Notes: generated from the letters alone by a model not told the origin. A stretch of DNA of 64,000 nucleotides from Lytechinus pictus (GCF_037042905.1 NC_087245.1:42224001-42288000); one strand, 5' to 3'; counted from the stretch's first letter, positions 29,560 to 43,272 are shown. Translations and numbers: made by a program.

Positions 29560-29832
29560 CACCGTACCCCATCAGCATCAGCAATATACGGAAGAGAAGG
29601 TAGTCCTGTAAGTCTTCCGGTCGCTTCTTCTTAGGGAAATACAGACGATACAGCTTTGAGGGTACGCTAAAGAGTTGGATCACGTGCTACATAGTGAAGA
29701 TTGGACCAATGAATGTCCAATGTTCTTTTAAATGTATTAAGACTAGGTGCAGTGACCACTGACTCGGGAAGATTGTTCCAGTCATTGACAACTCTTTGAC
29801 TGAAAGAGTGCCCTCTGAGGTTGAGTCTGTAT
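29560..29832 (-). mobile_element. 3' end of a CR1 LINE
   Basis: Minus strand translates as YRLNLRGHSFSQRVVNDWNNLPESVVTAPSLNTFKRTLDIHW, a typical CR1 ORF2 C-terminus. Confidence 0.85.
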
Positions 29833-32123
29833 TGTAATTTTAAGGCATGTATTGGTCCTGAAAAGAACCAACCAAACTTGATTTTTCTACAAGTGCGTTC
29901 TTGTCGTCTTATATTTTTTTATTTATTTTTTAGATTATTTCATTTATTTTTGTTTAAATTGATTGATTGATTGAATGATTGATTGATTTATCGATTGTTT
30001 GATTCATTCATTCATTGATTTAATTTAATAATTCATTCATTTACGGGTTTTTTCTTGGGGGGGGGGGGGCTTAATGTGAATTCTCAACATCGTCCATTAG
30101 TCTTGATAATAATTTAAATGCATTGGTTAGTTGTTCGATATTTTCGTACACAACCCCAAAATATTTTTTTGCTAACGTCGATATTCTATTCAACATACAA
30201 CATTTGCGAAACATTTGGTATAAAATGCTGACAAACAAGCATTGAGCAGAATCTGTGACCAATTTTTGATCAACTGTTAGTCAAACGCTAGTACAATGAA
30301 AAAAAAATCAGATTTTTTTTAATCAAAACAAGTACAAACACATGGTAATATTTTTTTACCAACAATATTGGGCACAATATTTTTGGGTAACATGTGCTAT
30401 GTTTTTTACCATAATTGCTTCGTAGGTTCAATGGAATGCCAACATAAGGCTAGTAAAAAAAAAAGCCCTCTTTCATTCATTGTGATGTATGATTTCAAAA
30501 GTCTATAATAGATTTTGCTGAACGTCGAATTAGAAACAATAACAAACTGCAAATCTTTGGACGAAAATAAAGCAAAATCAAAACATGAATCTCAAACAAA
30601 AATTTGATTTTAGATTGTCATTATCTGAAATGACGTGGTCTGTGTATTTCCTAGGGGGCATGGATTTTAGCCGACATCATCACGATCATGTTCCAAAATA
30701 GAGCTACAATCTGAGCGCAGCCAAAATCATAAATACATTGAGAGATACTATCGCATTATTTTTTTAGCAGGTTACTATATACCCTCGTGTATATTGTTCT
30801 ACCATCGTTTAATAACATCTTAATCCTTTAATGGCAGTATACATGGTATAGGCAGGATGAAAACGTCACAATTTACGTCAAACGTGTGCCGCAGCCGGGC
30901 GTGACTTTCTTCACTAAAATATCACTCTTTTGAGCGCGCGCTTCTTGTCTTGACACCAATATCTTCTGTGAATGTCGCCGTGTTCTGCTACGTAAATTTA
31001 TCAATCTTATTTAAATTTCTATTTCCTTACATCCAGAAAAACAATGAATAGGAATGACTTCATATATACTTTCCATTCAATGCATGTCTACAAATCGTGT
31101 TGATATTTTGAACGAAAGTTTGATAATATATTGTTTGGAAAGATAACGGATATTGTTATTGCAGTGATCTCTTCATATACGCTTTATCAGCAGAATCGAC
31201 AATGTTCATTGTACCAATCTTTCCAATAGTTGACATTTTCGGGTGTTTTAGTCGTCTTTATTTCCCACTCGCGGCTTTTACGGTAGGCTTAAAGGTATTG
31301 TTTAACTTTGTGAGCAGCCGATTAAAAAAATTCTCAGACCAAGATGAAACATGTGTACAAGTGCATGTATTAGAACTAATCATGGGCGGAAATCCCAGGG
31401 GGGACAGGGGGGACGTGTCCCCCCTACTCAAAATAGTAGGGGGGACACAATATCAAATGTCCCCCCTACTATTTGTTGTCTTTTATGATGGCAAGAAATA
31501 CATCATTCTAAATCGAAATAAAAATGTATTTTGGGACGAGTTGGGACGAGATGACCGTATACTTTTGGGATGATAACCTTTTTTTTGCTTGTCAAATTTT
31601 ACTGCCCCTTGTCCCCATAGGCGGATCCAGAGGGGCCGAAGGCCCCCCCTCCCCCCTATTGGGAAGGGAAAGGGAAAGAAAGAAGGAAAAATGAAAAGAG
31701 GAGGGAAAAGAGAGGAGAAAAAGAAGAGGACGACGAATGCATAAAATAAGATAAGGGGAAGACTTGGAAAATTAAAAAAATCTTTCGTGCCACTATATAA
31801 AATTTTCGCTCGCGCTTCGCGCTCACATTGCCTGTTAGGTGATTTACATATCTTGTTCCATATGGAGCTCAAATATCAAGTTTGGAAATCAATATACAAA
31901 ACATATTTCACCTCGGAAATCGAACTTTCATTATTTTGTGTGATTTACAAATTGATTTTTAAAAAGTGCTCTGTAAAAATTTCAGTTTTATGGTCTGAAT
32001 AATTTTATCGACATTTGCTGCTAGCGCTGCGCGCTCGCAAATTTTGATTTATCAGGTACCTATTATTTTCGTGTATTTCATAAAGTTTTCAAAATATCCC
32101 TTTTCAGGTCTGATTGTCAAGAC

Positions 32124-34486
32124 CATGGGTGTCGATCGGTATTCTTGGTTGGGGGGGATGATTGACACAAATGTTCTTGTGGATGGGGATCTTTCAACAT
32201 TACCCCCACTAAAATCACAAGTTAGGACATTTGGGAGTGGTTGATATGCATGGTGTTCTTGCAGTGGCGTACCGTGAGTCACGGCATTGGGGGGGTACCA
32301 GCAAATTTTTTGAGTCACTTAGTGAGCGCGCGAAGCGCGCTCAGTTGCCAGGTATACTGACCTTATAGGGACATTTTAAGGACAGAGCCATTAAACGGAT
32401 ATGTATCTCACTGCTCAAATAATGCGAGCGCGAAGCGCGAGCTGAAAATTTTTGATATGCAGACCAAAAAAGGACATTATAAGCAAATTTTTGTAATTAT
32501 GATACATACCTGTCTCGCTAAACAAACAATGCGAGCGCGAAGCGCGAGCTGAAATTTTTGTAAATATTTACCCCAAACAAGGACATGTTAAGGACTATAT
32601 TTTAGGAATCCATTAAGAGTATACATATCTCACCATAGTCATCTAATGCGAGTGCAAAGCGCTTGCTGATTTTGCTACATATAAACACATGAAGCACTTT
32701 TTGTAGTCATTGTAATCATGATAATACGCATCTCACTCATCAAATATTGCGAGCGCAAAGCGCGAGCTGAAAAATTAGGATATTCAGACCTGAAGAGAAG
32801 CATTCTAAGGCCTGTTTGTAAGAATTCACTAAGACCATACGATACGTATTTCACTAAACAAATGATGCGATCGAAAAATTTTGATATTCAGATCAGAAAA
32901 AGGGACATTTTAAGGACTGATTTTTAGGAATTCATGAAGAGCAGTCATATCTCACCAATCTACTAGTGCGAACGTAAGCATGGACAGGAAATGTTTTATA
33001 TTAACACCTTAAAATGGGGCAATCACTTTAAGTAGTCATGAAAAAGAACCATATGTCACTAAATAAAACAATAATAAGTCGAAGTGCAAGGAAATATATT
33101 TGGTGTATATTAACTTAAAAACGTTAAACAGACAATGCGAGTACCGGGAACAATGAAGAAATCTAGGCCTGAGCAAAATAAAGTTATGAAAAAATGTTTC
33201 TTATGTATTATAACATAACATTATTATAATATAACATTATAATGAACAATAATTTCTTCATTCCCACTACGTTTCTCTTTCTTTCTCCTCTTCCCCGTTT
33301 TTTTTTTGCCAGCCGATTGGGGGGGGGGGGGGGCACGTGCCCCCATGCCCCCCCCCCCCGTAGTTACGCCACTGTGTTCTTGGAAATTCTTTCATTGTTG
33401 CAGTGTACTGTACTTATAAATTTTTTTGAAAATTCAATTTGATTTACAAGTAAGCCTATTCTAAACTCATACGAAAGAAAAAATGACAAAAATTGTCTGG
33501 ACCATGTACAAAGTGATCTGTTTATTGGACATGATGTATACAACTTCTCTCTTAAATCTAACCCAACTGGCGATATCTTTTTTCTTCTTAATGCATGATG
33601 ATAAAATTAAGACTAGCACAAATTACAAACTGTGTGGCTTCTCGTGCGCCATCGGGCTTACCGTCATTCCTTAGACGATTTTAACCCTGGATTTTAACAT
33701 GTTTTAAATGCTTTATAAGTGCATAAAACAAAAACAAACATAAAAACAATCAAAACTCAACTGTCATGTTATGATATTTCTCCAACATTTTCTTGAACCA
33801 TCAGTGTGTAATATCAGCTAATATATGTGTTAAAATGAAATTTACGTACCGCATGGGCGTGCTCATATAGAATGCAAAACTGTCATCCCTTTCCAAACTC
33901 AAAAGAGATTTCTTTTTGCCAAAATAAGAAAGAGCCAATCAAGTTTAGTTATTCAAGTCCATAACAATAACAAGAATAACATGGAAATAAAAATCCGATG
34001 TTCATATCCGAAGATACGCTTTAGAGAGAAATGAATGATTATTCTTTCTGAAACCATTTATTGATTTCACTTATTAAAAATTGTAAAAATATGATCATAT
34101 TACCACTGGTGGGATGGAACACCCTATCAACAAAAGTTGTTTTTTGTCGGGGTCCTTTTATGTCATGTGTTAAAAAATAGCATATACGTAAACATTTCAT
34201 TCTTTTTCATTTTGAACCTCCACCCATCTGTTTAAAAGTCCTGGAAAAGAATTTTTTATTCAATAACAATATACACAAATTGCGAGGGAAACAAACTGAT
34301 TGATGGCATACTATAATCATCACTATAATCATCATGATCAAACCTTTACATTTTTTCATCATCATTATTATAAATTTTCTACCCTAAATTATTGGGGGGG
34401 GGGGATAATAATACAGGCCATCCCCCCACTTGAAATATTGGGGGGGATATATCCCCCCCATCCCCCCCCCGTGATCGACACCCATG
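32124..34486. mobile_element. Nest level 4: hAT-like non-autonomous element, family C (net ~1.2 kb)
   Basis: Perfect 14-bp TIR CATGGGTGTCGATC and an 8-bp TSD GTCAAGAC. Confidence 0.92.
32262..33374. mobile_element. Nest level 5: hAT-like non-autonomous element, family D (1113 bp)
   Basis: TIRs CAGTGGCGTA / TACGCCACTG and an 8-bp TSD TGTTCTTG. Sister copy at 47324-48368. Confidence 0.92.
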
Positions 34487-35214
34487 GTCAAGACGTATCA
34501 GCTAGCGCTGCACGCTGGCATTTTGATTGGCGAGTTATGTATGTTTCAATATTGATTATACAACAAACTACTTAAAATCCCCTTTTCATGCCAGTTTATC
34601 AAAAATTTTAGCTCGCGATTTGCGCTCGCATTAATGGTTAAAAATATATTAACTGATGTATCCTATTCATAATTACAAAAGTGAAATGTCCAGTTTTTAT
34701 GCCATAATATCATCAGATTTCGCGCCCTCATTAGGCATTAATAAATATGATATTAATTTAATAATTGAATTGTCCCTTTTGTTTCATCTCGCGCTTAGCA
34801 AGAGGAATAGGAAGATAGTCATCATTTTCATGACATGTCGTAAGGATGTCCCGGTCCTATGTCAAAACTCAAAGTAATAATAAGGAAAATTTTAGCTCTT
34901 TTTTTAAGTGCGGTCCATATCCACCTTACAATTTTCCTACAAAGTGCTTGAAATATAAAGCTGTAATTGACTCTTTATTTATTTCAGATCGGAATATCAA
35001 AGTTTCATGATTTTCATGATTAAAGATGTATTTAGAATGCCTAGATTCTAGGTCTAAATATGAAACACGCGCGCGCATGTTTATTCAAACACTCAACTTG
35101 TTCTCTATTTAAATCATTATCCAGTTTCAGATCACAATATCAAAATTTTTGTGCTCGCATTATTAATGTAGGAAGACTCCCTATTACTCATCCTTTTCAT
35201 GATTTACAAAACAT

Positions 35215-35278
35215 TGATTTTGATTGATTTTTTTAAATTTAAACACGGTAAAAAGCCCTCGATCAGCCTATGGCTGTA
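35215..35278 (-). mobile_element. 64-bp retroposon stub (extreme 3' end) inside family-B element
   Basis: 10-bp TSD TACAAAACAT (35205-35214, 35279-35288). The minus strand ends in A-rich/(ATCA) repeats. The paralogous internal repeat near 35590-35620 lacks the insert. Confidence 0.7.
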
Positions 35279-38021
35279 TACAAAACATGAACAGAGTGGC
35301 CCATTTTTAGGTCTAAATCTCGATTTTTTTTTTCTGTTCGCGCTTCGCGCTCGCATCAATTGTTGAATTATATAGCTATCCTGTTCACGATTACAAAAAT
35401 TGATTAATATTTTCCATTCTTTCTTTATAACTTTTCAAAAATTTTCAGCTCGCGCTTCGCGCTCGCATTTTTTGATTGTTGAAATATGTAACGCCTTCAT
35501 GGCTAAGTGCAAGCAGTCCTTAACAGGTACCAGTTCAAAACGTATATACAAATTTTCTGCTCGCGCTTTGCGCTCGCATGATTAATACTCATCCTTTTCA
35601 TGATTTACAAAACATGAATAGAGTGTCTCGTTCAGTATATATTAAAGGACTAAATCTCGAAATTTTCCGCTCGCCATTTGCGCTCGCATCAATTGTCTAC
35701 TTATATACATATTCTGCTTGAGTTACAAAAAGTGCTTAGAATTTCCATTCTTTAGGTGAAAATGTTTTTTAAAAAATCAGCTCGCGCTTCGCGCTCGCAT
35801 TATCTGATTGTTAAATGCTAACTGCACGCAGTCTTTAACAGGTATCTTTCCATCAGTTCATTTCTGCTCGCGCTTTGCGTTTGTAGTAATTATTAAGTTG
35901 CATACACATTTTTTACAGGATAACAAACATTGCCCAGAATGTTCAAATTTTAGGAAAAAAAAAAAAATTCCAAAAAATTAGCTCGCGCTTCGCGCTCGCA
36001 TCATATAAATAAGGATTATGATATCATATATAAATTGATAAGAATAAAGCTAAGAAGTGACTAATGGGGACTACCCCTACAAAGAAACAAACACAAATCA
36101 TCTTCGAGCTGCCGATCGGGGAAAATATGGCTGAAACTAATTTCCGCCCCCCCCCCTCTATTGGCGAAGGCTGGATCCGCCCTTGTGTCCCCCCTACCTT
36201 TTGGGAGAGATTTCCGCCCCTGGAACTAATAAACCCTGAAAACAACCATTATTGAGAATGAAAAGCTAAAACTACAAGGCGAACCCCGATTTTGTAAATA
36301 GGCGTCTTATAGACGCTTAAATAGTACACATAAGTGTATGGGATGAAATTAAGATGGTGTTTTCGGTCACTTTATATCTCAATTTTTGAAGCACTAAATA
36401 ATTATTTTCGAACGCAATTTTTTCTGGGCTTCATTTTTGTAACATAACACAGACACATGTGACAAGTGTGACCTTCTAGCTCAGATTTTTTAAAAGTCAA
36501 ACCAATGTTAACCAATCACTTTAATTCTTTCTCAACTTGAAATGAGTTCATTCCCCAGCATTCCTATAATAATACCGATTGCTTTCCTGAATAAACAATA
36601 CCACAGAATTTGTCATGCAGTATACTAGTATTTAATGAATTCGGAATGCTTAGAAATGATTGAGCTATGTAATGAGGATATTTTCAATGATGATTTTATA
36701 TCATTTCATTTGATAAATACATGTATATACCAACTTCACAAATTAATACCCTACCTCTATCTTGCATCTTGAGCATGTCATCACTGAAAGATACATGTAA
36801 ATTAAACCAATGAATGATGTAGGCCTATGTAATTCCACACTAACAACATGTGATTCGAATTTCAAACAAAAAATAAAGAAAAATAACTGTAAAAAAAATA
36901 ACTCGATCAAGTAGATTGAATACTAGTAATACGGATCATTTAAAGTTATGTGACTCAGACCTCTGCTTTAATACCATTCGTTCTTTCGTTCCAATTTTCT
37001 TCCTTTTTCTTGTCCATTTCTTCCCTTTTTTCACTGAAAATAGGGGCGATATAGCGCATCCATGGGGCGTCCCTAACATTGCCTTATTGTTGATAACACT
37101 TACTAACACAGCATTATGCTTGTTTGGTTATTTTCTGTTTGTTTAATTTCATATCTCATTATCTATGATTCCATTGTTTATAACGATGATAAATTGTCAA
37201 ATCTCATCCAGATTTTACAGAATTATGCGGCATAACATTGGACCCCATGGAAGAACGGAACTGTTATGCTAAACAGCTCTGAAATGGGCTATCCAACCGT
37301 ATCATAATTATTATTTGTATTGTTGTTCTGTAATATATTGTGTAAGTCATATTATGTTTTATATGATTTCGAAAATAAAACAACACATTTTACAGTCATG
37401 ATGTACATTATTATATCAAGAAATTGTGAGGTTTACCTCATATTTCTTTAATATGATTAATGCCAATGCGTTATTCATTTTTATTTACAAGTTAGTGCAT
37501 TGACTTTCAGATTCGAATGTCATAGACATACTTGTTTTCAATCAAGATATCATTTTTGACAAAACAAATTTTGGAGAGGGAGAGGGATATAATATACAGA
37601 GACTGCATGTGTGTACAAGAGAGAGACCACCTATCTGTTTATTCAAATGCCGCTTTCATGGATTATATTTTTATATGATTCTCGATGCATTGTACCTTGT
37701 GTTTATAGATGTGGAAATAAATGAATTTTGAATTTTGAATTTGAATAGTTGGAGGTTGACGAATGGATATGGATTTGCCTTCAGTACGAATAAACATTTG
37801 GTGATTTTCTTTTCAAAGTAAATGTATCTCGATGACATGGATGATGAATTGATGCGGCAGATTGAAATATTTAGAAGTTTGTAAAAAGAGATTTTCTGAA
37901 TCTCATCAGATGAAAAGTAGTCTTCTTGTGGCGTGTGTGTACTTGTCAGAGAGTCATGTATGAAATACATTGCAAGTTATGATGAATTTCCTTCACTTCA
38001 GAACGAGAAAGAAATCCTAAA

Positions 38022-38369
38022 TCGGGGTGTAACGGTTCTGACTCTTGCCTTGTAATCAGAGGGTCGTGTGTTCGAATCCCACAATGGCCTAGCGTCCTTT
38101 GGCAAGGCGTCAATCCACAATTTGCCACTCTCCACCCAGGTGTTAAATGGGTACCCGGTAGGATGCGAAATCCTATGTTAGCAATTGAGTCTTGGAACTC
38201 TTGTTGGAATGCTCCCCAGGGAGAGGAGATGATGCATACATTGTATGCGGGCATGCCAGGATACGATGACCGGGGTAATGATATATCTGTAAAGTGCTTA
38301 GAGACATCGTTCCGATGTATTAAGCGTTATTTTTTATAAAAATATAGATATATATTATTATTATTATTA
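38022..38369 (+). mobile_element. tRNA-derived SINE with Deu/Nin-like central domain and L2-like 3' end
   Basis: B box GTTCGAATCC, central ctccacccaggtgttaaatgggtacc, 3' ctgtaaagtgcttagagaca...taagcg, and an (ATT)n tail. Confidence 0.85.
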
Positions 38370-39440
38370 AAATGAGCTCTGGACATTATTTTTTAGAGAG
38401 ATATGAGAACGCAGGTCTTGGGGATACTAATGGTAAATTCTGTTTGGAGTTTTAAAACTAAAGTTCCAAATATTTACTTTTCATCAAGAATAAACCTAGC
38501 TTATATTTTATGTTTAAAAGCCATGAGGAAGGCGTGGAAGAAGATAATCCAGTTTTCATATAATATTCTTTTTCCCAAACACGTCATTTTATTTATGGTT
38601 GGTGATATTCCACTCTTGAACAGTAAAGTAATGAGCAAAGAATGTGACCTTTTGAATACAAAACCCTAATTTTTGGCAGATTTTAGTAATCACAAAATAA
38701 TATTTATTAATATAATATTTCAGTCACTTCTTTTTCCATTTTCCCTTCTCTTTCTTGGTCGTGCCCCCCCCAAAAAAAAATACACGTCAGTACTCTTGAA
38801 GGAAGATGCGCCCCTGCAAAAGAAAATAACCGAGAACCATGCACGCTACATAAACAACAATCGCATATCGAGTATACATGCAGTATAGCTATCAATCGGT
38901 TAAATTTTGAGATGAGATATTTATTCCTTTCCCGTTCACTGAAGGCAATACTAGTAGCGTAAAAGTAACTATACGGATTCGAAATATCACAAAGAATTGT
39001 CAATCATAACATAACATAAAAAGTGGTAAACTGGAACTAAGGTTAGTTCCGTACAGGGGGGGGGGGGCTTGGGGTGCTTGCCCCCTCCAAAAAAAAATTG
39101 TCACGACCAAGGGAAAAAGGGAAAAGTAAAATTACTTGTTATTATGTTGTCAAAATTTACCACAAAATTTGATTATTTTAATAAATATGTCGAAATTTTT
39201 GCTCGCTCGCAACTTTTTATGAATTTTGCCCGATACGCCATATCTTGCCCCCTCCAAATTTTTGGCTCATTACGCCACTGAGTTACATTGGTTAATAAGC
39301 AAAATATGTCTATGAATAGGGGCTTGTTCAGTAAAAGAAATGCTAAATGAGAGGCAAGCCATTGTTTGATAACCACTGAGACTCTTCACGTTTACGGTAA
39401 TTGCATTGTTAGTATCATTGGCCATACAAAGACATTCCCA

Positions 39441-39720
39441 GGCCCCGTCTTAAGAAGAGTTTATACGATTGATCCGACCTACCTCAAATGTATGGAAATC
39501 CATCAGTGTCATATTTTTTTTTTCAACAGGAATTTGCGCAATGTCCTTACTCCTTAGTAAACAAAAAGAAGCACGCTCGCTTTTCAAGAAAAAGCAATGA
39601 ATAAACAGCATATCTCGAAAATATTTTTGAAAAAAACCCATGCATTTTAGATGTTAACGTTGCTGGCTTTCCATAGTTGTGGTTGATCGGATCAATCGAA
39701 TATCTTTGTAAGACGGGCCC
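39441..39720. mobile_element. Harbinger-like MITE (~280 bp)
   Basis: Termini ggccccgtctta / taagacgggccc with extended imperfect inverted arms. Confidence 0.8.
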
Positions 39721-40219
39721 CCCATAAAATGTTTTTTTTTTCATTTCGAGTATGTCTTAATCGGTTAAATTGAAAGTGTATCACTGTTGATCACATGATA
39801 TGAAAAATTAAATAGAAAATAAATCAAATATGACATCAGACTGGGTGCAACCTTAGAATCTGAGAGACACGTTGAATCGGTATATGCTTTATTCTGTTTG
39901 ATAATCACTGACTCAGCCTGCAAGACGACGAAGGTCACAATGATATCGATACTCGACGTATCAACCATATATTTGCTATCATGATTATCACGACTATGAC
40001 GTCTACGTACATTCTAGCAACAAATCTATGCAGGAGAAAAGGCTGACCATTATAATTTTAAAAAATGTGATGTACAAAAATGACGCTTTTAAGATAAAGA
40101 TAATAACTCGATAATGATTTCTTTTCTATAAATCGACGATCTACGGGTCATGTCATTTTTTTGCTCATTAAATGGTCTCTGTCCTCATGTCCCCTTTTTT
40201 GTCCCTTTTGTACATAAAT

Positions 40220-40572
40220 GTGTCCCTCTTCTCTCCCCGCCTCTCTCTTTAGTTATCATATTATATCATATTGCCATTTCTGTGTTGTTTATCCAATGTT
40301 CTTTGAATTCGTAATGAGGAACCTTAATTTACAAGCATTGCTTCACTTAGGTCTCCTCGTCTTCCTTTAAAATTATTTCTTTTCTGTCTTAAGCTGTATA
40401 ATGTATTTAAAAACAATATTTTCTGCATACTCTGTTTTATGTATACATGTTTGTTTTATCATGTTACTCTGCTTATTGTTTCATACACACTTGTATGTTT
40501 GTCATGTATTCAAACTCAAAGTTGGAAGACAAATAAAATGAACTTATGAACTTAACTTACTTAAGAACTTAA
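40220..40572 (+). mobile_element. Isolated LINE 3' UTR remnant
   Basis: Stem-loop core ACAAGCATTGCTT shared with the 3' UTR of the 53135-56750 LINE, then AATAAA and a GAACTT-like repeat tail. Confidence 0.6.
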
Positions 40573-41984
40573 AAATAATTAGAGTGTAGTCTCCTGCCGC
40601 TTCCCCTTCCCCCTTATTGCAATGTACAATATGCCTTTTATTACTTTATTACTACAACATTTTCTTCTATAAAATTCATTATTGTACGTCTCAATAATAT
40701 GAAATTTGCTCAATCTGTCTCAATTGTGAATATATTTTTTCAAATCTCTTGTATTGACTTTATTGACAAAAAGGAGACACATTCAGCATCATGATGATAT
40801 TATTGAATTTAGCTATTTAGAATATTTCCCCTCTAAATTTGAGTACAGAGAGACAGAAATTAGATAGGCCCCATTCAGAGAATTATATACGAAGTGCCAA
40901 TAATGTGATCAGATAAGATTGAGCTCATGCCATTTGCATCTTGCAAGATAAAATAGACAATTTACCTTCACCTTTGTGAACATTTGATCAACAATGTTCT
41001 ACATAATTTTTTATCAAAAAAAGCTACAGTAGACCTACTACTGATTTTAGATAGAGTACAATGATCAAAATCAGGATTTTACATAATTTCTGAATCACAA
41101 ACATGATACAGTCCTATGGTTGTACAAGAAATCATGTAGGTCTGTTTTAAGAAACACAGTGCAATGTTAGTTGAGCCAGGCTGAAAATGATGCCTCTTGA
41201 TACACGGGTAAGCAGTCATAAAAAAAGTGCAGTATCATTATTACGGAAGCCATCACTCTTTCCCATATTTCTTTTAAATTATTGATGGTAACTCCATGCA
41301 AGCCTTGTATGTGTATCCCCTGGAATTATAAATGTACATCCCTTTCCAAATCATGTATGATTTATGGTACGAGTTGTTTGTGTACCGAAAAGGGGAGGGT
41401 ATAATTATTAGGAGTATTTTATGCATGATAATGATGATGATGTAGAATTTACATTAGAATTTACGTTCATACCAGTCATAATATTTTGGGGTATTATAAT
41501 TATGCTTCTTTTTCTTCTACAACTACTACTACTACTTCTTCTTATTATTAATATTCTTCTTCCCCCTCTTCTTCCTCCTCCTCTTATTTTTCTTCTTCTT
41601 CTCATCTCTCTCATTCTCGTTCTCTCTCTCTCATCATTATTTCGGGACAGGGAGAAACTGTAAATTAACTTTCAACAAGATCTCTTCCTTTTCCCACCCC
41701 ATCCTCTATCTCTCTCCCGCCCCACTCGCTTCAAGCCCTCCCCCAATCTCCACATCTTCTCCTTTTTTAATTCATCTCTCTCTCCATCTCAGATTACGAT
41801 TATGAATTCCCTCAGGGAGATTTCTCTGAGTGATATGATAGGTGAACTGGCAGGTGCTATGGGGTACAAGGCATGTTCTTAGGCCTAAATGAGCTAGTCT
41901 GTAGGCACATACCTCGATTGAAACTTTAATCAACAAGTGAGTCTTCTTCACACAAGACTATAAACTTGCTGACTATAATAAACT

Positions 41985-42500
41985 GGGCGTTGTGGCGTGC
42001 GCCCGTAATTGAAGCTATGTGTGGGAAGTTACATTGAGGCAGAGGTTCGAGCCCTGGGGCCGATTGCACGAAAGGGTCTTTCCAAGGACCGTCTTTCGTG
42101 TCGCCCATCTTTTATGATGCGCTATAAGCGGGGTGTTTCTGAAATTTATGATAAACAAATAAAATTCGTAAGCTTGCTTTTAAATCAAATTTTATACAAT
42201 TTCATGAGATATCACATCATTTTATAAACAAATATGTTGTTTATTTTAACGGACAAATAAAATATATTTGCAGATAATTTATTTGAAATGCGTTTCACAT
42301 GGCGTATCATAAAAGATGGGCGACACGAAAGACGGTCCTTGGAAAGACCCTTACGTGCAATCGGCCCCTGGTGTCGTCGTCTTTCGGATGGTGATGTTAG
42401 AGGTCGGTCCCGGACGTAAATAATCGTATCTGATTGATACACGTCTGAAAAAACTCAATAATACATGCACACACACACACCATCTCACACACCCACACAT
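41985..42500 (+). mobile_element. tRNA-derived SINE with (CA)n tail, split just after its B box by a MITE
   Basis: gggcgttgtggcgt...ggttcgagccctg, then the insertion, then gtgtcgtcgtctttcggatgg... and a (CA)n tail. Confidence 0.65.
42057..42367. mobile_element. PIF/Harbinger-like MITE (311 bp)
   Basis: ~65-bp near-perfect TIRs starting GGGCCGATTGCACG and a 3-bp TSD CTG (42054-42056, 42368-42370). Confidence 0.88.
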
Positions 42501-43107
42501 CCACGCTGTTTCAACAAGAGGGGCTTTCTGTACACATGCTAATGGCAGTGACCTTCTATAGGCTGTATATTCAGACGACTGTCTTCAAATTAAGGATTCA
42601 CACAACTAAGAGCTGTCACATTTGAATGTTTTATCCAGGGTATTTTGTAGTATGGCAAGCCGTTTCCTCATTTCCTACTTCTTTAATATAAAGTATTCCA
42701 TACTTTATATCAACATTGTATTTCCTAAAATAATTATTGTAAAATATGCGGAAGGGAGAAGACATGTCCGTATGCAGGATGGCTTATAAACTAAACATTG
42801 CAGCAGTAATCAAAGGTTTCTACATTTTCAAAAAAAATAACTGGGGTGGTGCTACAAGAATAACCTATTCGTGGTAAAATACGATGGAAATATCTCACGA
42901 AATTTGTATTTTCTAATATCCCCTAAATATTGTGCAAAGTGCTGAGGCCTTATGGTGATAACAAATCCTAATAATTATGACTGCACTGGTGGCGCAATCT
43001 CCATATTCAATATAATGCCTGGTTGGTCCTCTTATGCTATGATCTACATGGATTGAATGATGCACGCCTGAATCATTCATGACATTCTCTTTCATTGATT
43101 TTCACAG

Positions 43108-43272
43108 GTTTCGACGGCCGACCATCGCCCGCTGAGCACTGAGTCAGAAGAGATAAGAGGAGAAAGTGGAGATTTCTCACAAGTGCTGGACTCGAGGACC
43201 CATAATTCGTTCTTCACAAAGTTCACATGACGTCGCTGGTTTTTAGGAGATCACCTGGTCAAGAGAGAAACG
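43108..43272 (+). other. Probable 5' UTR part of the coding exon
   Basis: Pyrimidine-rich acceptor ending CAG at 43107. Composition switches to GC-rich from 43108, and an in-frame stop lies before the ATG. Confidence 0.55.

Larger units (their letters stand above)
31616..36185. mobile_element. Nest level 3: non-autonomous TIR element, family B (net ~2.2 kb)
   Basis: TIRs CATAGGCGGATCCAG / CTGGATCCGCCCTTG, a 6-bp TSD TGTCCC, and many GCTCGCGCTTCGCGCTCGC motifs. Confidence 0.85.
31381..36222. mobile_element. Nest level 2: hAT-like non-autonomous element, family A (net ~266 bp)
   Basis: TIRs CATGGGCGGAAATC / GATTTCCGCCCCTG and an 8-bp TSD GAACTAAT. An uninterrupted sister copy lies at 10208-10458. 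Confidence 0.9.
31293..36520. mobile_element. Kolobok-like MITE (net ~380 bp) hosting the nested stack
   Basis: TTAA on both sides (31289-31292, 36521-36524). Imperfect TIRs AGGTATTGTTTAAC / GTTAACCAATCACT. Confidence 0.8.

Noticed and set aside
38022..38095. tRNA gene (likewise ~41985-42055 and ~44430-44503)
   Set aside because: Only Pol III boxes are recognisable, there is no complete cloverleaf, and each continues into a SINE body and tail.
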